A stretch of 41,268 nucleotides of DNA, taken from contig BCKZ01000003.1 in NCBI GenBank assembly GCA_001600815.1, positions 934,581-975,848 of the forward strand, in the 5' to 3' direction. The stretch is from Alloascoidea hylecoeti. Taxonomy: Eukaryota. The notes beneath the pieces are model-generated. The model worked only from the letters and a program-made list of their open reading frames with translations, did not search any database and was not told the origin of the DNA. Shown here piece after piece: positions 33,513 through 41,268 of this stretch. The position numbers and the translations under genes were made by a program. The stretch's first letter is position 1, and every line of letters starts with the position of its first letter.

Positions 33513-36500
33513 ATGAAACCTTATAACCCATTAAGGTTAATCACAGGTTCTTCCATACCACCTAAGCCAGAGGTTAAAAAGCCTTTTCCTTTAATACATG
33601 CTTCTATATTATCGAGGCTCTTTTTTTCTTGGTTGTTTCCAATATTAAAAGTTGGTTATCTACGAGATTTGGAGAATTATGATTTATGGGACATGGAAGG
33701 GAAGTTTTCCATTGAAGAAATGACTGAGAGCTTTAATATCAATCTTGAAAAACGGAGAATAAGATCGAATACAAATAAAGAAGAAGAAGAGGATGGTAGA
33801 ACAAAATTTGAATATCCCAAAAATGCAGTTTTATTAGCTTTAAATGATACATTCAAAAAAGATTATTGGTTAGCTGGTTTTTATAAAGTTATATGCGATG
33901 TAACAATGGCAACTACTCCTTTGCTGTCAAAACAATTAATCAGATTCGTACAGAAAAGGGCTTTTCCAAATTCTCCTCCAATTGGTCATGGTGTTGGATA
34001 TGCAATTGGTCTCGTTTTAATGTTATTAGTTAACACCTTTGCATTAAATCATTTCTTCTTCAATGCCATGTTAACAGGATTCAGAGTAAAAGGTTTATTA
34101 ACAAATGTTATATATCGAAAAGCTTTCAAATTAAGTTTAAAATCAAAGAATGAATTTCCAACAGGTAAAATAACTTCATTAATGGGAGCTGATTTATCTA
34201 GGATTGATTTAGCTGTTGGATTTTTCCATTTCAATTGGACTTTCCCAATAACAATGATAATAGCTATTGTTATTTTAATAGTTAATCTTGGACCTGCTGC
34301 TTTAGCGGGTATTGCAATTGTATTTTTAGGATTGTTTGGTGTATTTGGGGGATCAAGATATTTCGCTATTTTTAGAAGAAGAACAAATATTTTTACAGAT
34401 AAAAGAGTATCAGCTATGCAAGAAATTTTAAATTCAATGAAAATGATTAAATTTTATGCTTGGGAAACTGCTTATGAAAAAATTATTTCTCAAATAAGGA
34501 AAAAAGAAACAAATTCAATTTTAAAGGCTTTAGCGTTAAGAAATACTATTAATGCAATTGGTGTAACCATCCCAACAATTTCTTCAATGGTTGCATTTTT
34601 AGTAATGTATGCAGCAGGTAGAAATATGGACTCTGCAAATATTTTTTCTTCGTTATCATTATTTAATGTCCTTAGATTACCATTAATGTTATTACCTCTT
34701 GGGTTATCTTCATCAATTGATGCATATATTGCATTAGGTCGAGTCCAGGGATTCTTATCAGCGGAAGAAGTTGCAAATGATACAAGTCATGTTGAACCTG
34801 GATCTCTTGGAGATGTTGCCATTGAAATACTAGATGGAGAATTTCAATGGGAAAAAGTATTTAGTCATGATCAAAAGGATGAAGAAGATAACGATGATGA
34901 CGATGACGACGATGATGATGATGATGAAATCGAAACTCATGTTGATGATAAAGCGATCCAAAAAATTGACGATGAAGAAAAACAAACTTTTAATATAGAT
35001 AAATCTCAATCACCAGATATTTCTGAAAAGGCTGGAACATTTGATACAAATAATGGAGCCACAGATGATGGGAATAATTTAGAAGTTCCAAATTTCGCTA
35101 AGCTTACAGATATTAATTTTAGTATTAAAAAAGGTGAATTTGTTGTTATAACTGGTATGATAGGTTCTGGAAAGAGTTCTTTATTATCTGCAATAGCAGG
35201 TGTTATGAAGAAAACTCAAGGATCCTTACAAATTGATGGCTCATTGGTTTTTTGTTCTCAACCATGGATTCAAAATACAACATTGAAAAATAATATTATT
35301 TTTGGTTCAGAATATGATGAAGAATTATATCAAACGGTAATTGATGTTTGTTCATTACAATCAGATTTAGATCTTTTACCTGCTGGTGATCAAACTGAAA
35401 TTGGAGAACGTGGTATAACTTTATCAGGTGGACAAAAATCCAGAATCAATCTTGCAAGATCAGTTTATTCGAATAGAGATATCATTTTATTAGATGATGT
35501 TTTGTCAGCAGTGGATGCGAGAGTCGGTAGATCGATTATGGATAAATGTATTTTAGGATTATTGAATAAAAAAACAAGAATGTTAGCAACACATCAATTG
35601 TCGTTAATTGGATCGGCAGATAGAATTATATTCTTAAAGAATTCTACTAGTAGTATTGAAATTGGTACATTTGATGAATTATCTAATACATGTCCAGAAT
35701 TTGTTCAACTGATGGAATATAGTAGTGAAACCAATAAAACGATTAAAGATGAGGATATCGAAGGAGATGGAGATGAAATAAAAAATGAAGATATCTTATC
35801 AACAAAAGAAATTGAAGAACTTGAACTCATTAAAACCCAAACATTAGCAACGCTTAAAGATGAAGCTGATGGAAAAATTATGAGGAATGAAGAAAGAGGT
35901 TCAGAAGGTGGTATACCTCTTAGAGTTTATTATGATTATATCAACCTTGGTAGTAAAACTTTAGGAATTGGTATATTTCCAATATTTATTTTATTAGTTA
36001 TCCTCGGAACTTTTGTACAAATATTTTCTACAGTATGGATGAGTTATTGGATCGTTGATAAATTTCATCGTAATGAAGGTTTTTATATTGGATTATATGT
36101 AATGTTTGGATTTTTAACAGGAATTGTTGTTTTCATTACATTTGGTGTTTTATCTTATGTTGCAAATAGATCTGGATTGAAGTTATATAATATGGCAGCA
36201 AAAAATATTTTATCAACACCAATGTATTTCATTGATACAACACCAATAGGTCGAATTTTAAATCGTTTTACCAAAGATACAGATACAATTGATAATGAGA
36301 TGACTGAACAATTAAGGATATTCACAACTTCTTCTGGGCTAGTTAGTGGGATTATAATTCTATGTGCAATTTATTTACCATGGTTTTTAATTTGTATCCC
36401 CCCACTTGGATTTGTAATTTGGTGTATTTTAACTCTTTATCAAAATGCTTCAATAGATGTTAAAAGACTTGAAGCATTAAATCGGTCAGTTGTTTATTCA

Positions 36501-38259
36501 AATTTTAACGAATCATTGAATGGTATGACAACAATTAAAGGATATCAAGGTGAAAATAGATTTTTACGAAAGAATGAGGTATTTATTAATCAAATGAATT
36601 CTGCTTATTTTTTAACAGCTGCAAGTCAAAGATGGTTATCATTAAGACTTGATTTCGCAGCTGCATCGCTTGCTTTGATTGTTATAATGTTATGTATTAC
36701 TGGACAATTTAAAATTAATGCTTCAGATACTGGTGTTGTTATATCTTATATTATTCAAATTGCANNTANNCTTTCTNTTGTTACTAGATCAATGACAATG
36801 ATTGAAAATAATATGAATGCAGTTGAAAGAATGCATCATTATGCATTTGATCTTCCCCATGAAGCACCATATTATATTGAAGAAACTACACCTCAAGCAG
36901 TTTGGGGACGAGAAGGACGAATCGAGTTCAATCATGTTTCCATGGCATATCGTGAAGGATTACCTAATGTTTTACATGATGTTTCGTTTAAAATTGCATC
37001 AGGAGAAAAGATTGGTATTTGTGGACGAACAGGAGCCGGGAAATCTAGTATTATGACAGCTCTATACCGAATAGTGGAATTAAATGGTGGATCAATCTTA
37101 ATTGATGATATTGATGTTTCAACTATTGGGTTGCATGATCTACGATCAAGACTCTCTATTATTCCACAAGATCCTGTATTATTTCAAGGGACCATTCGAA
37201 AGAATTTAGATCCTTTTAACTTAGTTGGAGATGACGAATTATGGGATGCGTTAAGAAGGAGTTGGTTAATCGATGAACAAGATTTACCGACAGTTAAAGC
37301 ACAAATATTTGAACCAGAATCAAACAATAATTCAATGAATTTACATAAATTTCATTTGGATCAACTAGTTGAAGATGAAGGATCTAATTTCAGTCTTGGA
37401 GAAAGACAATTATTAGCATTAGCGCGAGCATTAGTTCGAAATTCTAAAATCTTAATTCTTGATGAAGCTACATCAAGTGTTGATTATGAAACAGATCATA
37501 AAATTCAAACAACAATTGTGAAAGAATTCAGCAACTGTTCTATTTTATGTATTGCACATCGATTGAAAANNNNNNNNNNNNNNNNNNNNNNNNNNNNNNN
37601 NNNNNNNNNNNNNNNNNNNNNNNNNNNNNNNNNNNNNNNNNNNNNNNNNNNNNNNNNNNNNNNNNNNNNNNNNNNNNNNNNNNNNNNNNNNNNNNNNNNN
37701 NNNNNNNNNNNNNNNNNNNNNNNNNNNNNNNNNNNNNNNNNNNNNNNNNNNNNNNNNNNNNNNNNNNNNNNNNNNNNNNNNNNNNNNNNNNNNNNNNNNN
37801 NNNNNNNNNNNNNNNNNNNNNNNNNNNNNNNNNNNNNNNNNNNNNNNNNNNNNNNNNNNNNNNNNNNNNNNNNNNNNNNNNNNNNNNNNNNNNNNNNNNN
37901 NNNNNNNNNNNNNNNNNNNNNNNNNNNNNNNNNNNNNNNNNNNNNNNNNNNNNNNNNNNNNNNNNNNNNNNNNNNNNNNNNNNNNNNNNNNNNNNNNNNN
38001 NNNNNNNNNNNNNNNNNNNNNNNNNNNNNNNNNNNNNNNNNNNNNNNNNNNNNNNNNNNNNNNNNNNNNNNNNNNNNNNNNNNNNNNNNNNNNNNNNNNN
38101 NNNNNNNNNNNNNNNNNNNNNNNNNNNNNNNNNNNNNNNNNNNNTGCCGAATTTGATGAACCTAAGAATCTATTTGACCAGAAAGATTCTATTTTCCGAG
38201 AAATGTGTAATAGATCAGGAATATCAGAGGAAGATTTTGTTACTACTGCTAATTTATAA
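33513..38259 (+). CDS. YOR1: ABCC/MRP-type ABC transporter, Yor1-like, copy 1 (interrupted by assembly gap)
   Basis: TMD-NBD-TMD-NBD layout with Walker A GMIGSGKS and GRTGAGKS, signatures LSGGQ and FSLGERQ, and Walker B LLDD/ILDEAT. After the gap the frame resumes AEFDEPKNLF...SIFREMC..SGI to TAA at 38257-38259. Proximity to PXR1 matches S. cerevisiae YGR280C/YGR281W. Confidence 0.9.
37570..38144. other. Assembly gap (575 N)
   Basis: Run of N. Additional ambiguous bases occur at 36765-36777. Confidence 1.
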
Positions 38260-38836
38260 ATGAATCACGATCATGATGATTTAATTAATGAACTAATAAA
38301 TTAAGTAATGTAAAGAATTATGTAGGTTGCCATATTTTTGACTATAGCGATTATTTAATCGGTGTAAATGTATATAAAAATTAATACATTTCATACAATA
38401 TATATCTATTAATAATATTGATGAATATAAAATGACAATTGAAAAGTGAACTAAATATTTTTGTATCTAGTTCTAGAACCTATTATTGGGTCACTTCATA
38501 CACTAATGTCCGGCCAGAGCTATATCGATAAGTTTCCACCTTCAAATTAATAATGCATGATTGAAGACCTCCTATTATTTAAATCAAAGATTGTTCCTTT
38601 TCCATCTCTGTATAAGACATTGTTCCGAGAGGTCCTGTACTACTTATAGTTAAAATGTGGTGTGTAATTCGATAAGACTATTGGTTTTCATGAAATAATC
38701 TCAACTAGGAATTAAGTAAAAAATGCTTGTTATATTTTTTCTATTTACTTTTTTCTACTTCCATACTGTTTATAAGACAAATATGATTGAACCGGAAATT
38801 TAAGATGTCAACAATTGCAACACTAATATTATACAT

Positions 38837-39190
38837 GAGGCCAAAAATTAAAGAGTTTGGTAATTAGAATAACCTAACATTAATAGATTAATGGCCAATA
38901 TTTGGGGCCAGCATGTCCAAATATTTCTCCATCATGTGGCCGAATTTTAGTTTATCAACACTTACCGTTTATTAGCATATGGCCGAAGATTATTGTTATT
39001 TAGCGCATCGTTTGGGCTAATATTTATTGGATAACATGGCCGATAATGACTTATCTGAATAGCTTAAGATTAGTTCAACCTGTGGCTGAATATTTAGACC
39101 TAATGGCCTAATTTAAGTGCAATGGATGACTGCTAGCAACGTTAGTGATTATGACGCAGCAATGGGCCTGAACCATTAACCACCCAACTT
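38837..39190 (+). repeat. Array of about 11 degenerate TGGCCRA motifs (possible DNA-transposon subterminal region)
   Basis: ATGGCCAA, GTGGCCGAA, ATGGCCGAA, ATGGCCGAT, GTGGCTGAA, ATGGCCTAA and similar, all in one orientation at irregular 10-60 bp spacing in AT-rich DNA. Confidence 0.5.
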
Positions 39191-39599
39191 TAACCCAAAA
39201 TGATCAGTATCGAAAGCTAAAAGTACAGATATTAAACGCTCTGATATTTCGCCGGAAAAATGTTGGACGTGTTGCAAGAGATGGAGTGAGTGTAACTACA
39301 CCGAGAGGCCGAATAAATTGAACTGTTTTCAAAGACGTCAACAACCAGTTGACAGAAAAGCTTATATATTGTCCTATAGATGCCGAAAACTCACAGAACA
39401 AGTAAATGACGAAGTACGGTGGACACAAAGAAAGTGGGCGAACAGAGAAGAGGTGTCATATTGGTAGAATTGGTTAGAGTAATCATTCAACAACTATCGC
39501 TATGTATAATAAAGGGGAATACATGCTTAGTGAGGTGTTAGTTGGTGCCAATTACGAACAAGAAGATGTCTGATTCCGCCAGTGTGAATACTGTTTTGC

Positions 39600-40070
39600 A
39601 GAAATAACTCAGACAATCCACGTCTCCCTAGCCAGCTTCCTGGGACCAGGTATTGAACTCCAAAAACTTAACCGCTGGATTCAAGAAAAGACTATAGCTA
39701 TATTCCATGGAGAAAAAGTCTTGAAGAAGTGCAGAGATGAAATAAAAACACAATTAAACCAACTGAAGATACTCCATGGTATACGGAGAACTCACTACAG
39801 AGAGTGATAAACAACATTTCTTATCTGCTGCATACGTTTGAGCCCTATCGGCTCCGCTTTATAGATCTACCGGGGCCGCACAAAGCACTCAATCCACTGG
39901 AAAACTTAAATCAGTGGAGTTCCTATTCTCAGCATCCATGAAACCGTGGAAATGGTGCTTGATGCGGAGAAGATGGCTCCTTCTTTGCGATGTATTCCAC
40001 GCGAAACAAGTATGCCAAACTCTCCCGTGTCTCACCAATGGGTCACCATGGAATAATTAAAGGTAAACAG
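39600..40070 (+). mobile_element. Probable non-LTR retrotransposon (L1-like) ORF2 C-terminal relic
   Basis: GC-richer patch. Frameshifted translation YIPWRKSLEEV...ISYLLHTF...KWCL.CGEDGS..LLCD...AKQVCQTL resembles the cysteine-rich C-terminus of LINE ORF2. Shares a 27-bp exact match with 13239-13265. Confidence 0.45.
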
Positions 40071-40393
40071 CGGATGAGTTTTGATTAGTTAAATTTGAAT
40101 GTTTCTTATGATGCGTAATACTGCGTATCGCGATCGGTGGGCAGTTGTTAAGACATCACTCATCCTAGTATACGTAGCTATTATACAATTGCCGTTCTAC
40201 ATTACTAAGCGGGATCTATTCCTTTTCACTCTTCTTATAAAAAACCACAATTAGCTGTAAATGTTCAAGTCCTTCCAATCAGCAATTGCCTGAGGTAAAC
40301 GAACTATAACTCTTAAATGTTTTTTGCTGGTGTTTCAGGCGAGCCACACTGTTTTCTGAGAAGAAGTGGCCTTCGAGTTCGGGTGTATCGCAT

Positions 40394-40436
40394 TTCGGGG
40401 ATAAACGGCGTTTAATATTTTTGACCGCGTATAAAA
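40394..40436 (+). promoter_or_regulatory. CGG-N7-CGG element plus TATA box of YOR1 copy 2
   Basis: TTCGGGGATAAACGGCGTT (40394-40412) and TATAAAA (40430-40436), matching the copy-1 element at 16 of 19 positions. Confidence 0.55.
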
Positions 40437-40647
40437 GCAGGCATTTGCACATTTTTCACCTATCAATTATCCCATCTCTTAATTGTTCCATGAATAGTTT
40501 TTAATAACACAAAACCAAAAAATACTCTATAAGGCATCTTTGTTTTTCTATTCTGTACCTGGATATATCATTGTTATTTTCACATATTTTTACTTCTTTC
40601 ACAGTCATTAAGAAGATTTACACTACACAATTAAATAAAAAACGGTT

Positions 40648-41268
40648 ATGAAACCTTATAATCCCATAAGGTTAATCACTGGTACTTCCATACCGCCAGA
40701 GCCAGAGGTTAAGAAGCCTTTTCCTTTAATACATGCTTCTATATTATCGAGGATCTTTTTCTCATGGTTATTTCCGATATTAAAAGTTGGTTATCTACGA
40801 GATCTGGAGAATTATGATTTATGGGACATGGAAGGGAAGTTTTCCATTGAAGAAATGACTGAGAGTTTCAAGAAGAATCTTGAAAAACGAAGGATAAAAT
40901 CAAATGAAAATGAAGAAGATGATGATAAGACAAAATTTGTTTACTCAAAAAATGCAGTTTTATTAGCTTTAAATGATACATTCAAAAAAGATTATTGGTT
41001 AGCTGGTTTTTATAAAGTTATAAGTGATGTAACAATGGCAACAACGCCTTTATTATCAAAAGAATTAATCAGATTCGTACAGAGAAGAGCTTTTCCAAAT
41101 TCTCCTCCAATTGGTCATGGTGTTGGATATGCAATTGGTCTCGTTTTAATGTTATTGGTAAACTCCTTTGCAATAAATCATTTCTTCTTCAATGCCATGT
41201 TAACAGGATTCAGAGTAAAAGGTTTATTAACAAATGTTATATATCGAAAAGCTTTCAAATTAAGTTTA
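40648..41268 (+). CDS. YOR1: Yor1-like ABC transporter, tandem copy 2 (5' part, truncated by window end; absent from ORF track)
   Basis: Open frame MKPYNPIRLITGTSIPPEPEVKKPFPLIHASILSRIFFSW...VIYRKAFKLSL is closely similar to copy 1, with no stop before the window end. Confidence 0.92.
   Translation, partial: MKPYNPIRLITGTSIPPEPEVKKPFPLIHASILSRIFFSWLFPILKVGYLRDLENYDLWDMEGKFSIEEMTESFKKNLEKRRIKSNENEEDDDKTKFVYSKNAVLLALNDTFKKDYWLAGFYKVISDVTMATTPLLSKELIRFVQRRAFPNSPPIGHGVGYAIGLVLMLLVNSFAINHFFFNAMLTGFRVKGLLTNVIYRKAFKLSL

Noticed and set aside
37547..38263. 238-aa ORF and the track end of YOR1 at 38156
   Set aside because: Artefacts of translating through the N gap. The true C-terminus is in another frame ending at 38259.
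1..41268. CRISPR arrays, operons or other prokaryotic systems
   Set aside because: The sequence is eukaryotic (introns, histone H1, yeast orthologues) and has no regularly spaced repeat-spacer array.

Overview
This is AT-rich genomic DNA from a budding yeast (Saccharomycotina). It has GTATGT...AG spliceosomal introns, and CTG codons swap with TTA/TTG between paralogues, which points to the standard code. From left to right: (1) a transposon-relic zone (pogo/Fot1 and possible hAT fragments) around a tRNA-Gly(GCC) gene, with a solo LTR inserted 5 bp upstream of the tRNA; (2) histone H1 with 2 introns; (3) a large, divergent poly(A)-binding-protein-like 4-RRM gene with 1 intron and a degenerate MLLE-like tail; (4) retroelement debris; (5) STE4, TAF14 (1 intron) and RUD3; (6) an accessory patch with an SDR, a head-to-head pair of mini RING-H2 genes forming a palindrome, and a broken Pro-rich ORF; (7) PXR1 (61-nt intron), a CBS-PB1 gene and a secreted SurE-type phosphatase; (8) a tandem pair of YOR1-like ABCC transporters, the first interrupted by an assembly gap and the second cut by the window end. 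The most unusual structure is the RING palindrome: its promoter arms are about 99% identical while the coding regions are strongly diverged. Other notable items are the tRNA-abutting LTR, the PABP paralogue, a probable TAF14 promoter inside the STE4 coding region, and a CGG-N7-CGG element conserved in both YOR1 promoters. All homology calls come from motif recognition by eye; no searches were run.
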